A stretch of 64,000 nt of DNA from Gaiellales bacterium. GTDB taxonomy: Bacteria > Actinomycetota > Thermoleophilia > Gaiellales > Gaiellaceae. This document shows, in pieces, positions 10,252-20,784 of the stretch. The position numbers were made by a program, and so were the translations under genes. Numbering within the stretch: position 1 is the stretch's first letter; each line of letters begins with the position of its first letter. The DNA lies in NCBI GenBank assembly GCA_038216085.1, contig JBBQQI010000002.1:374-64373 (forward strand). The letters run 5' to 3'. Below the pieces are notes generated by a model. That model ran no database searches, was not told the DNA's origin, and saw nothing but the letters and a program-made list of their open reading frames with translations.

Positions 10252-11705
10252 TGGGCAAGATCGGGGCGTTCCTGAACGTCCGCCGCGCCGAGGCGCCCGA
10301 GCGTGCGCCGGCCGAGCGCATCGGCGACCTCCGTGAGTTCATCGGGACACTCCCGCTCGTCGAGCTTCGTGAGCAGGCGTCGCGGTGCATGGAGTGCGGC
10401 GTGCCCTTCTGCCACAGCGGCTGCCCGCTCGGGAACCTGATTCCCGACTGGAACGACCTCGTCTACCGGGACCGGTGGGCCGAGGCGAGCGAGCAGCTGC
10501 ATCGCACGAACAACTTTCCCGAGTTCACCGGCCGGCTCTGTCCGGCGCCGTGCGAGGCGGCCTGCGTGCTCGAGATCAACGAGGGTGATGCCGTCTCGAT
10601 CAAGCAGATCGAGCTCGCGATTGTCGACCGAGCCTGGGACGAGGGCTGGATCGTCCCGCAGCCGCCTGCTCGCGCGACGGGCCGGCGCGTCGCTGTCGTC
10701 GGCGCCGGCCCTGCGGGGCTCGCGTGCGCGCAACAGCTCGCGCGGGCCGGAGAGCACGTGACGGTCTACGAGCGCGACGAGGCAGCAGGCGGGCTGATCC
10801 GGTTCGGCGTGCCCGAGTTCAAGATCGAGAAGCGCCTCGTCGAGCGTCGTGTCCAGCAACTCGTCGCCGAAGGCGTCGAGTTTCGGTTCGGCGTCGACGT
10901 CGGCACCGACCTCGAGGTCGAGGAGCTTCGCTCGCGCCACGACGCCGTCGTGCTGGCGATCGGGTCGCGCGTGCCGCGCGACCTGCCGGCGCAGGGGCGC
11001 GAGCTCCGCGGTGTGCACTTCGCGATGGAGTACCTCGCAGAGCGGGCGCGCGTGATCGCCGGAACGGCCCCGGCGACTATCTCGGCCGCCGGCAGGCACG
11101 TCGTCGTGATCGGCGGCGGTGATACCGGCGCCGACTGCGTGCGGCACGCCCACCGCGAAGGCGCCGCGTCGGTGACGCAGATCGAGCTGCTCGGCGAACC
11201 GCCCGCGGCGCGCCCCGATGAGCTCACACCGTGGCCGCTCTGGCCGATGAAGCTGCGCACCTCCTATGCGCTCAAGGAAGGCGGCGAGCGCGACTTCTCG
11301 ATCTCGACCACGCGGTTCGATGGGCGTGACGGCGCTGTCGAACGGATCGTCTGGCAGCACAACACCGGCAGCCCGCCGTTCGATCTCGTCCCGGGGACCG
11401 AGGAGTCGCGTCCAGCCGACCTCGTGCTGCTCGCGATGGGGTTCCTTGGCCCCGAGCCGGCGCTCCTCGACGGGCTCGGCCTCGACCGGGACGCGCGCGG
11501 CAATGTCGCCGCCGCACGATTCGCCACCTCGCGGGCCGGGGTCTTCGCGGCCGGTGACGCGCGGCGCGGGCAGTCGCTGATCGTGTGGGCGATCGACGAG
11601 GGTCGTCGCTGCGCCGAGGTGGTGCGGCAGTGGCTCGACGCGGGCGCTGGGTCACGCGAACAGCCCACTTTTGTTTCGATAGCTTCGAGTCGCGGCACGG
11701 AGTAG
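10251..11705 (+). CDS. gltD: glutamate synthase small subunit (NADPH)
   Basis: The ATG overlaps the gltB stop (TGATG). It has Fe-S Cys clusters (CMECGVPFCHSGCP, CPAPCEAAC) and the dinucleotide motif VAVVGAGPAGLA. The upstream part of ORF 9603..11705 is R-rich junk. Confidence 0.95.
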   Translation: MGKIGAFLNVRRAEAPERAPAERIGDLREFIGTLPLVELREQASRCMECGVPFCHSGCPLGNLIPDWNDLVYRDRWAEASEQLHRTNNFPEFTGRLCPAPCEAACVLEINEGDAVSIKQIELAIVDRAWDEGWIVPQPPARATGRRVAVVGAGPAGLACAQQLARAGEHVTVYERDEAAGGLIRFGVPEFKIEKRLVERRVQQLVAEGVEFRFGVDVGTDLEVEELRSRHDAVVLAIGSRVPRDLPAQGRELRGVHFAMEYLAERARVIAGTAPATISAAGRHVVVIGGGDTGADCVRHAHREGAASVTQIELLGEPPAARPDELTPWPLWPMKLRTSYALKEGGERDFSISTTRFDGRDGAVERIVWQHNTGSPPFDLVPGTEESRPADLVLLAMGFLGPEPALLDGLGLDRDARGNVAAARFATSRAGVFAAGDARRGQSLIVWAIDEGRRCAEVVRQWLDAGAGSREQPTFVSIASSRGTE

Positions 11706-11715
11706 ACTGCGGGCC

Positions 11716-12084
11716 ATGAAACGGACGATGAACGACACACACGATGAGGGCTGCGCAGTTGCGGCGACCGCCGAGATCATCGCGACCAAGTGGACGCCGC
11801 TGATCATTCACGACCTCTCCGAAGGCGCCCGGCGCTTCATGCAACTCGAGCACGCCTGCCCGGGAATCAGCCCGCGGACGCTCTCCGAACGCCTCGACAT
11901 GCTGGAGCGGCAGGGTGTGGTGATCCGTCGCAGCTATCCGGAATCGCCGCCGCGGGTCGAGTACGAGCTGACGGAAAAGGGACGCGCGCTGCTGCCGATC
12001 GTCAGGGAGATGCGCCGCTTCGGGCGCGCCTGGATGATCACCCAGCCCGTGAAACGCCGGCGCGCTCCGGCAGCACGCCGCTGA
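11716..12084 (+). CDS. HxlR family transcriptional regulator
   Basis: Signature C-x...GKW-like (IATKWTPLIIHDL), ARRFMQLE...ISPRTLSERL..LE..G...R, and PPRVEYELTEKG. Confidence 0.8.
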   Translation: MKRTMNDTHDEGCAVAATAEIIATKWTPLIIHDLSEGARRFMQLEHACPGISPRTLSERLDMLERQGVVIRRSYPESPPRVEYELTEKGRALLPIVREMRRFGRAWMITQPVKRRRAPAARR

Positions 12085-12099
12085 CGCAGTAGCGTTATC

Positions 12100-12116
12100 G
12101 CTTCAAGTTCTGAAGC
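12100..12116. promoter_or_regulatory. 17-bp palindrome site S3 (GCTTCA-AGTTC-TGAAGC)
   Basis: Perfect palindromic arms. It abuts a TTGACA -35-like hexamer (12117-12122) upstream of the BCAA leader. Confidence 0.5.
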
Positions 12117-12154
12117 TTGACAACATCACAACCTGCGTGCACACTGCGTCTTCG

Positions 12155-12259
12155 ATGACTCGTGAAGCCCTGACGATGCCGACGACCAAGCCGCTTGCGG
12201 CGACGTCGGCGCTCGGGCTCGTTCTTCTTCTCACGGTCATTCTCATTCTCCCCCTCTAG
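12155..12259 (+). CDS. BCAA-rich leader peptide (34 aa, MTREALTMPTTKPLAATSALGLVLLLTVILILPL)
   Basis: Hand-translated sORF, below the ORF-track cutoff. Eleven of the last 15 codons are Leu/Val/Ile. Its stop lies inside the hairpin tctccccc-tcta-gggggaga (12247-12266). It sits 100 nt upstream of the leuA-ilv operon. Confidence 0.55.
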   Translation: MTREALTMPTTKPLAATSALGLVLLLTVILILPL

Positions 12260-12360
12260 GGGGAGAACACGCTCACGCGGCAGTCAAACGCCGCACACGC
12301 CCACCGTAAAACGGAAGTAGTGCGTCTCCATTTCGGAACGACGCCGGCGAGGAGCATGGA

Positions 12361-13500
12361 ATGCGCAGGATCAAGATCTTCGACACGACACTGAGAGACG
12401 GAGAGCAATCGCCGGGCATCGCGCTGCGCCCGGAGGAGAAAGCAGAGATCGGTCGCGCCCTCGAACTGCTCGGAGTCGACATCATCGAGGCCGGCTTCGC
12501 CGCCTCGTCCCCCGGCGACTTCGCAGGCGTCGCAGCGGTCGCCCAGGCCGTCACGCGCGTCACCGTCGCCTCCCTCGCCCGCACGACGCAGGCCGACATC
12601 GACGCCGCCGCCCGCGCGCTGCGCGGCGCGCCCCGAAGTCGGATCCACATCTTCATGGCGACGAGCGCGCTCCACATGGAGCGGAAGCTCGGCCTGACCC
12701 CGGACGAGGTGCTCGAGCGGATCCACTGGGCGGTCGCCTATGCCGTCAAATGCGCGGACGAGGTCGAGTTCTCGGCTGAGGACGCGACCCGCTCCGACCG
12801 CGCATTCCTCGCCTCCGCCTGCCGCACGGCGATCGCAGCCGGCGCCACGATCGTCAACCTGCCCGACACCGTCGGCTTCTCGACGCCCGACGAATACGCG
12901 CGCATGTTCGACGACCTGCGCGAGCGCTGCCCCGAGCTGAACGACGTCGAGTTGTCGGTGCACTGCCACGACGACCTCGGGCTCGCGGTCGCGAACTCGC
13001 TCGCCGGCATCTCGGCGGGAGCGACCCAGGTCGAGTGCACGATCAACGGCATCGGCGAGCGCGCGGGCAACGCTGCGCTCGAAGAGATCGTGATGGCGCT
13101 TCGTGTCCGCTCCGACGTCTACGACGCGGCGACGGAGGCCGATCCGAGCATGATCCGCGACGCCTCCAGTCTCGTCGCCGAGCTGACCGGGTACGACGTG
13201 GCGCGCAACAAGCCGATCGTCGGCGCGAACGCCTTCGCGCACGAGGCCGGCATCCATCAGGACGGGATGCTCAAGGACTCCTCGACCTACCAGATCATCG
13301 ACCCGGCCGAGCTCGGCGTCGCGATGTCGCTGCCGCTCGGCAAGCACTCCGGGCGCCACGCCTTCGCGCGTGCGTGCGCCGCAGCGGGCATCTCGCTCGA
13401 CCCGGCCGAGATCGCCGCGGCCTTCCGCCGCTTCAAACAGCTCGCCGACACCGGCGTCGCTCCATCCATCGACGACGTCTTTCAGGAGGTCCGTGCATGA
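12361..13500 (+). CDS. leuA: 2-isopropylmalate synthase family protein, short form lacking the C-terminal LeuA_dimer regulatory domain
   Basis: It has [42 protein letters not shown] and [10 protein letters not shown]. It ends at 379 aa, just after the [10 protein letters not shown]...FKQLAD region. SD GAGGAG lies 6 nt upstream. Confidence 0.8.
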   Translation: MRRIKIFDTTLRDGEQSPGIALRPEEKAEIGRALELLGVDIIEAGFAASSPGDFAGVAAVAQAVTRVTVASLARTTQADIDAAARALRGAPRSRIHIFMATSALHMERKLGLTPDEVLERIHWAVAYAVKCADEVEFSAEDATRSDRAFLASACRTAIAAGATIVNLPDTVGFSTPDEYARMFDDLRERCPELNDVELSVHCHDDLGLAVANSLAGISAGATQVECTINGIGERAGNAALEEIVMALRVRSDVYDAATEADPSMIRDASSLVAELTGYDVARNKPIVGANAFAHEAGIHQDGMLKDSSTYQIIDPAELGVAMSLPLGKHSGRHAFARACAAAGISLDPAEIAAAFRRFKQLADTGVAPSIDDVFQEVRA

Positions 13501-14432
13501 GCCCCGAAAACACGAAGATCGTTGCGTGCCTGGCGGGCGACGGTGTCGGCCCCGAGCTGATGGCCGCCGCGACGCGGGCGCTCGACCGCGTCGCGCATCT
13601 GCACTCACTCGAGGTCGACGACGTCCACCTGCCCTTCGCAGGCGAGGCGATGACGCGGTCGGGCCATCCTCTGCCACCGGAGACGCGCAACGGTTACCGC
13701 GGCGTCGACGCGATCCTCGTCGCTTCCCGGCACGAGCCGGCGTTCGAAGGGGTGAAGGCAGACCTCGAGCTCGCGTGGCGCATCGCGCGCGTGCACCTCG
13801 GCGAGCGCGCCGACGTCGTCGTGATCGCACCGATGGGCGCCTGGGCAGACGCGATCGCCGTCGAGCGCGCGTTCTCGTGCGCCTCGACACGACGGGGGCG
13901 CGTCACCGCCGTCAGCACCGACGACAGCTGGTACGCGTTCGTCGAGCGGGAGCAGGGCCGCTGGCCCGGCATGCAGGCCGAGCGGCTCGGTCTCGGCGAG
14001 GCGATCGTGCGGTTGAAGGAGCGCCCGGAGGAGATCGACGTCGTCGTCACGGAGTCCCACCTCCTCGACGGCCTCGTCGAGTCCGCATCGCATTTCGCCG
14101 GCTCGAAGGCGTCGGTCGCCCACGGCTGGATGCCCGACAGCGGGCCTGGGGTGTTCGCGCCGGGCGAGAGCGAGTCCGACGACAACGGCGGGTTCGACGC
14201 CGCGGATCCGACCGGCATGCTGCTGACCGCGTCATTGCTGCTCGGCGAGGGACTGAAGCGCCGCGCGGCCTCGCGCACGCTCGAGCGGGCAGTCGGCACT
14301 GCGGCCGCGCGCAACGGGTCGCTCCCGCGCGAGACGCGCAGCTTCACCGATGCCGTGATGGCGTTGCTGCCGGAGACGCGCACCGACGTCGAGCACTTTG
14401 ATGAGGTATGGCGCGATGAGGTCTGGCGTTGA
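13497..14432 (+). CDS. divergent isocitrate/isopropylmalate dehydrogenase-family paralog (catalytic motifs degenerate)
   Basis: The ATG overlaps the leuA stop (ATGA). The N-terminus KIVACLAGDGVGPEL is collinear with LeuB at 24866, but DKANV, ENTFGDILSD and HGSAPDIAG are replaced by STDDS, ESHLLDGLVE and PGESESDDNG. Confidence 0.6.
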   Translation: MSPENTKIVACLAGDGVGPELMAAATRALDRVAHLHSLEVDDVHLPFAGEAMTRSGHPLPPETRNGYRGVDAILVASRHEPAFEGVKADLELAWRIARVHLGERADVVVIAPMGAWADAIAVERAFSCASTRRGRVTAVSTDDSWYAFVEREQGRWPGMQAERLGLGEAIVRLKERPEEIDVVVTESHLLDGLVESASHFAGSKASVAHGWMPDSGPGVFAPGESESDDNGGFDAADPTGMLLTASLLLGEGLKRRAASRTLERAVGTAAARNGSLPRETRSFTDAVMALLPETRTDVEHFDEVWRDEVWR

Positions 14433-16159
14433 GCAAGGGAACCAACCGGATGCTGGGATCCGACGCGATCCTCCGCTCGCTCGAGCTCGAGGGGGTGGAC
14501 GTCGCCTTCGGAATCCCCGGGGGCGCGATCCTTCCGACCTACGACGCGATTGCCCGCGGCACGACGGTGCGCCACGTGCTCGCGCGGCACGAGCAGGGCG
14601 CCGGCCACATGGCCGAGGGCTATGCGCGCGCCTCCGGCAAGGTCGGCGTCGCGATCGCGACCTCGGGGCCCGGCGCGACGAACCTCGTGACGCCGATCGC
14701 CGATGCGTGGATGGACTCGACACCGCTCGTCTGCATCACCGGTCAGGTGCGCACGTCGCTGATCGGCACCGACGCGTTCCAGGAGATCGACGCGACCGGC
14801 ATCACGATGCCGATCGTCAAGCACTCGTGGCTCGTGCAGGACGTCGAGGAGCTGCCCGGCGTGCTGAAGGCCGCATTCCACATCGCGCGCACCGGCCGGC
14901 AGGGCCCGGTGCTTGTCGACGTCGCCAAGGACGTGCAGGAAGCCGTCTTCGACTTCAACTATCCGGACGAGGTCGACCTGCCGGGCTGGCGGCCGCCCTC
15001 GAAGGTGAATGCGCGCCAGATCGGGGAAGCGGCGCGCGCGATCGCGGCCGCCGAGCGGCCGATCGTCTACGCCGGCGGCGGCGTCCTGAACGGCGAGGCC
15101 TGCGCAGAGCTCTTGCGCCTCGTCGACGAGGGCAACCTGCCGACGGTCGTGACGCTGATGGGCAAGGGCTGCCTGCCCGACTCGCACCCGCAGAACTACG
15201 GCGCGCCCGGAATGCACGGCTCGAAGTTCGCCAACTGGGCGCTGAACAAGGCTGACCTCGTGATCGCGGTGGGCTCCCGCTTCGACGATCGCGTCACCGG
15301 CAAGCTGAGCGCATTCGCGCCCGGCGCTCGCGTGATCCACTTCGACGTCGATGCCGCCGAGGTCGGGAAGATCCGCCACGCGGAGATCCCGGTCGTCGGC
15401 CCACTCGCCGTCGCCCTTGCACACCTCGCCGACGCCCTGAACGCGCTCGGGACCGAACCGAGGTATGCGCCGTGGCTGCGCCAGCTCGACGAATGGCGCG
15501 AGCGCTACCCGTTCCGCTACAGCCGCGAGGAGGGGGTGGTGAAGCCGCAGACGGCGGTCGAGGCGCTGCGCGACCTGACGGCCGGGCGCGACGACCTGAT
15601 CTGGACGACGGGTGTCGGCCAGCATCAGATGTGGGCGATGCAGTACCTGCAGTGCGACAAGCCGCGCTCGTTCATCACGTCGGGCGGCCTCGGGACGATG
15701 GGGTACGGGATTCCGGCCGCGATCGGCGCCAAGGCCGCTCGCCCCGACGCAACCGTCGTCTGCATCGACGGCGACGGCTGTTTCCAGATGACGTGCCAGG
15801 AGCTCGCGACGGCGGCGCTCGAGCGTCTGCCGATCGTCGCCGTCGTGCTGAACAATGGCTGGCTCGGGATGGTGCGCCAGTGGCAGGAGATGTTCTACGA
15901 CGAGCGCTTCGCGCAGACGCATCTCACGCAGCAGGTGCCCGAGTACGCACAGCTCGCGGAGGCCTACGGCTGCGCAGGGTTCACCGTCGAGCACGACGAC
16001 CAGCTCGAGACCGCGTTGACGACGGCATTCGACTGCGGGCGCACCGCAGTCGTCGATGTGCGCTGCGACCCGGCCGAGAAGGTCTTCCCGATGATCCCGG
16101 CGGGCGCCGCGGCGGTCGACGTGATCGAGGCGCCCGACGAAGAAACGGTGTCGGCGTGA
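14429..16159 (+). CDS. ilvB: acetolactate synthase large subunit
   Basis: ThDP enzyme motifs are present (GIPGGAILP, HEQGAGHMAEGYAR, GLGTMGYGIPAAIGA, GDGCFQM). TTG 14429 overlaps the upstream stop, and ATG 14450 is an alternative start. Confidence 0.95.
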   Translation: MSKGTNRMLGSDAILRSLELEGVDVAFGIPGGAILPTYDAIARGTTVRHVLARHEQGAGHMAEGYARASGKVGVAIATSGPGATNLVTPIADAWMDSTPLVCITGQVRTSLIGTDAFQEIDATGITMPIVKHSWLVQDVEELPGVLKAAFHIARTGRQGPVLVDVAKDVQEAVFDFNYPDEVDLPGWRPPSKVNARQIGEAARAIAAAERPIVYAGGGVLNGEACAELLRLVDEGNLPTVVTLMGKGCLPDSHPQNYGAPGMHGSKFANWALNKADLVIAVGSRFDDRVTGKLSAFAPGARVIHFDVDAAEVGKIRHAEIPVVGPLAVALAHLADALNALGTEPRYAPWLRQLDEWRERYPFRYSREEGVVKPQTAVEALRDLTAGRDDLIWTTGVGQHQMWAMQYLQCDKPRSFITSGGLGTMGYGIPAAIGAKAARPDATVVCIDGDGCFQMTCQELATAALERLPIVAVVLNNGWLGMVRQWQEMFYDERFAQTHLTQQVPEYAQLAEAYGCAGFTVEHDDQLETALTTAFDCGRTAVVDVRCDPAEKVFPMIPAGAAAVDVIEAPDEETVSA

Positions 16160-16668
16160 GCAGTCACACGATTTCCGTGCGGCTGGAAAACAAGCCGGGT
16201 GCGCTGGCGCGCGTCTCGCAGCTCTTCTCGCGTCGTGGCTACAACATCCAGAGCCTCGCGGTCGGCCCGACCGAGAGCCCGGACATCTCGCGCTTGACGC
16301 TGCGCGTCGACTGCGAGGAGCACTCGCTCGAGCAGATCGAGAAGCAGATGCACAAGCTCGTCAACGTCCTGCGCGTGACCGAGCTTCGCCCCGAAGAGGC
16401 GGTCGAGCGTGAGCTGGCCCTGATCACCGTCGCCGCGCCACCCGAGCGCAGGCCGGAGCTGATCGCGCTCAGCCAGGTGGCCGGCGCGCAGGTCGCCGAC
16501 GTCGGCCGCGACGCCGTCACCTTCGAGATCGTCGGACGTCCCGATCAAATCGACGCGTTCGAAGAGCTCGTTCGTCCGTACGGTGTGCGCGAGCTCGCGC
16601 GGACGGGCCGCATCGGCCTGCGCCGCACGAGCTCGTCCCGCCGCTTCCCGTCACCCGCACTCGCATAG
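16156..16668 (+). CDS. ilvN: acetolactate synthase small (regulatory) subunit
   Basis: The GTG overlaps the ilvB stop (GTGA). ACT domain [33 protein letters not shown]. Confidence 0.9.
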   Translation: MSSHTISVRLENKPGALARVSQLFSRRGYNIQSLAVGPTESPDISRLTLRVDCEEHSLEQIEKQMHKLVNVLRVTELRPEEAVERELALITVAAPPERRPELIALSQVAGAQVADVGRDAVTFEIVGRPDQIDAFEELVRPYGVRELARTGRIGLRRTSSSRRFPSPALA

Positions 16669-16684
16669 AGAGGACTATTCACTG

Positions 16685-17686
16685 ATGGCAGAGATCCACA
16701 AGACCGGCGATCCTTCCCTGCTCGGGAAGGTTGCGATCCTGGGCTACGGAAGCCAGGGTCACGCGCACGCGCTCAACCTGCACGACTCCGGCGTCGAGGT
16801 CGAGGTCGGCCTCCGCGAAGGCAGCCCGTCGTGGGCGGCCGCCGAGGAGGCGGGACTCACCGTGCGGAGTACGGCCGACGCGGTGCGCGGCGCGCAGCTC
16901 GTCGCATTTCTCGTGCCCGACGGCGCACAGCCGGCGCTGTTCGAGCAGGAGGTCGCGCCGAACCTCGAGCCGGGCGCGGCGCTGCTCTTCGCGCACGGGT
17001 TCAACGTGCACTACGAGCGGATCGCACCGCCCGCGGGCCACGACGTGATCATGGTCGCTCCGAAAGGCCCGGGGCACGTCGTGCGCCGCCTCTACACAGA
17101 GGGCTACGGCACGCCGGCCGTCGTCGCCGTTGCGCAGGACGCGAGCGGCCAGGCGCGGGAGCTCGCGTTCGCCTACGGTGCCGCGCTCGGCGCTGCGCGG
17201 GCGGGCATGGTCGAGACGACGTTCCAGGAAGAGACCGAGACCGACCTCTTCGGCGAGCAGACGGTGCTCTGTGGCGGCGTCACACAGCTGATCCAGCTCG
17301 GGTTCGAGACGCTCGTCGAGGCCGGCTACCAGCCCGAGGTCGCCTACTACGAATGCCTGCACGAGCTGAAGCTGATCACCGACCTGATCTGGGAGGGCGG
17401 GATCGAGCGGATGCACTACTCGATCTCCGACACCGCCGAGTACGGCTCGCACGCGATCGGCCCCAAGGTCGTCGACGAGCACGTGCGCGAGAACATGCGC
17501 GCCGTCCTCGGGGCGATCCAAAACGGGACGTTCGCGCGCGACTGGGTCGCCGAGATGGACCGCGGCCAGCCGGTGCTGGACGAGTACCGCGCGAAGCTCG
17601 CGGAGACGCAGATCGAGCAGGTCGGTGCGCGGCTCCGTGCGCTGAACGTGCGGGAAGAGGCCGCGGAGGTTCATGGCGTCGGTTGA
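16685..17686 (+). CDS. ilvC: ketol-acid reductoisomerase
   Basis: It has [26 protein letters not shown] and [11 protein letters not shown]. Start is ATG 16685. Confidence 0.95.
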   Translation: MAEIHKTGDPSLLGKVAILGYGSQGHAHALNLHDSGVEVEVGLREGSPSWAAAEEAGLTVRSTADAVRGAQLVAFLVPDGAQPALFEQEVAPNLEPGAALLFAHGFNVHYERIAPPAGHDVIMVAPKGPGHVVRRLYTEGYGTPAVVAVAQDASGQARELAFAYGAALGAARAGMVETTFQEETETDLFGEQTVLCGGVTQLIQLGFETLVEAGYQPEVAYYECLHELKLITDLIWEGGIERMHYSISDTAEYGSHAIGPKVVDEHVRENMRAVLGAIQNGTFARDWVAEMDRGQPVLDEYRAKLAETQIEQVGARLRALNVREEAAEVHGVG

Positions 17687-18970
17687 CGTACCGGTTGCGC
17701 TCCTCGGCTACGGCACGGTCGGTGCCGCCGTCAGCCGGCTGCTGACCGATTCCGCAGACGACATCGAACGGGCCACGGGCCACCGCCTGCGTGTGGTGAA
17801 GGCACTCGTGCGCGATCCCGGGAAGGAGCGTGATTACCCGCCTCCGAGCGGGACGCTCACCACGGACATCCGCGACGTGCTCGATGACCCGTCGATCGCC
17901 GTCGTCGCGGAAGTGATGGGTGGGGTCGAGCCGGCCGGTGACTACGTGCTCGAGCTTCTGCGCAGCGGCAAGCACGTCGTCACGGCGAACAAGCAGCTCG
18001 TCGCCCGCAGAGGCGCCGAGCTGTTTTCTGCTGCTTCGTCCGCGGGCGTGCAGCTGCGCTTCGAGGCGAGCGTCTGCGCTGCGATCCCGGTGATCAAGGT
18101 GCTGCGCGAGTCGCTCGTCGTCACGAACGTCCACAGCGTGCTCGGGATCGTCAACGGGACCACGAACTTCGTGCTGACCGAGATGGAGGCAGGGAAGACC
18201 TACGCCGAGGCGCTCGCCGAAGCGCAGTCGCTCGGCTACGCCGAGGCCGACCCCACCGACGACGTCTCGGGCGCCGACGCGGCCGCGAAGATGGCGATCC
18301 TCGCGACCGTCGCGTTCAACTCACGCGTCGAGCTCGCCGACGTGACCTACCGCGGGATCGTCGAGGTCGACCCGCTCGACGTCGCCGCGGCGCGCGAACT
18401 CGAGATGGTGATCAGGCTCGTCGGCACGGCGCGCCTCGTCGACGGAGCGTTCGACGTGCGCGTCCAGCCTGCACTCGTCGACAAGCGGCACCCGCTCGCG
18501 AAGGTGAACGGCGCTTTCAACGCTGTGATGCTGCAGGGCGACGCGATTCGCGAGATCACGCTCGAAGGCCCGGGCGCCGGCGGGCTCGAGACGGCGTCGG
18601 CGGTGATCGCGGACATGGCGAGCGTGATCGGGACGATGGGCACGGGCTTCCTGCAGAACGATGCGGCCTGGCGCGAGCTGCCGCGCCTCGCCGACGGCGA
18701 GAGCCGCTCGCCGTACTACTTCCGCCTCTCGGTCGACGACCGGCCCGGCGCGCTTGCGCGGGTCGCCGAGGAGCTCGCCGAGCGCGAGATCTCGATCGCG
18801 CGCCTGCTTCAGCACCAGAACGGCAACGGCGCCTCGATCCACGTCGTCACGCACGAGGCGCGCAGCGGTTCGCTCGACGACGCGCTCGTCGCGATGGACT
18901 CACTCGACGACGTGCGCAGCCGCTCTCTTCCGTTGCCGGTGATCTCCGACCGCGGGGTTGTGGAGCTCGG

Positions 18971-18980
<10 letters not shown>
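17673..18980 (+). CDS. hom: homoserine dehydrogenase
   Basis: It has [15 protein letters not shown] and GIVNGTTNF motifs plus a C-terminal ACT domain. It overlaps the ilvC end by 14 nt. Confidence 0.9.
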
Positions 18981-19920
<940 letters not shown>

Positions 19921-19921
<1 letters not shown>

Positions 19922-20784
19922 TGGTGCGCGCCCCCGCCTCGACCGCGAATCTCGGCCCCGGCTTCGACACGGCCGCCGCCGCTCTCGATCTCTGGAATGA
20001 GCTGCACGTCGTCGAGGGCAGTTCGATCGACATCGGCGCAGTTGAAATCAGCGGCGAAGGCGCCGACGAGCTGCCGCGCGACGAGCGCCACCTGACGGTG
20101 CGGGCGTTCTCGCTCTTCGCCTCGCCCGAGGGTCACAGCTTCCGCTTCGTCAACCGCATCCCGCTCGAGCGCGGCCTCGGCTCGAGCGCCGCGGCAATCG
20201 CCCTCGGCCTCGTCGCCGGTGCGGCGGTCGCGGGCAAGGCGGCGACGCTCGAAGAGCTGCTCGAGGCGGGCGAGCCGCTCGAGGGCCACGCCGACAACCT
20301 GGCGGCCGCACTCTGGGGCGGCGTCTGCCTCGCCTGGCGTCGCGACGGACGCATCACCGCGGCCCGCATCGCAGACGACATGCCGCTTGCCCCCATCGTC
20401 GCCGTGCCGTCGGAGCGCACGAGCACCAAGGGCTCGCGTGCCGCGCTACCCGCGAGCGTCGCGCATTTGGACGCAGCGGCGAACGCGGCGAGTGCAGCGC
20501 TGCTCGGGGCCGCGATCGCAGCGGGCAACGCCGAGCTCCTTGCCGAGTCGTTCCACGACCTCCTGCACGAGCCCTACCGGTCGTCAGCACTCCTGCGGCT
20601 CCTGCGCGACGAGGCGCCGGACGGCGCGCTTGGCGTCACCCTCTCCGGGTCCGGCCCATCCGTCGTCGTCTGGGCGCGGCAGCAGGACGCTGCGTGCGTC
20701 GCGGCGGAGCTCGAGCGCATCGTTCCCGCCGACACGAAGGTGCTGCCGCTCGCGGTTGCCCCGGAAGGAGCCACCATTCAGTGA
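19921..20784 (+). CDS. thrB: homoserine kinase
   Basis: GHMP kinase with [13 protein letters not shown] and [12 protein letters not shown]. The ATG shares a base with the thrC TGA. Confidence 0.9.

Noticed and set aside
12240-12360. Assigning a specific Rho-independent terminator to the BCAA leader.
   Set aside because: Hairpins are present, but none is followed by a convincing U-tract. The mechanism is left open rather than called.
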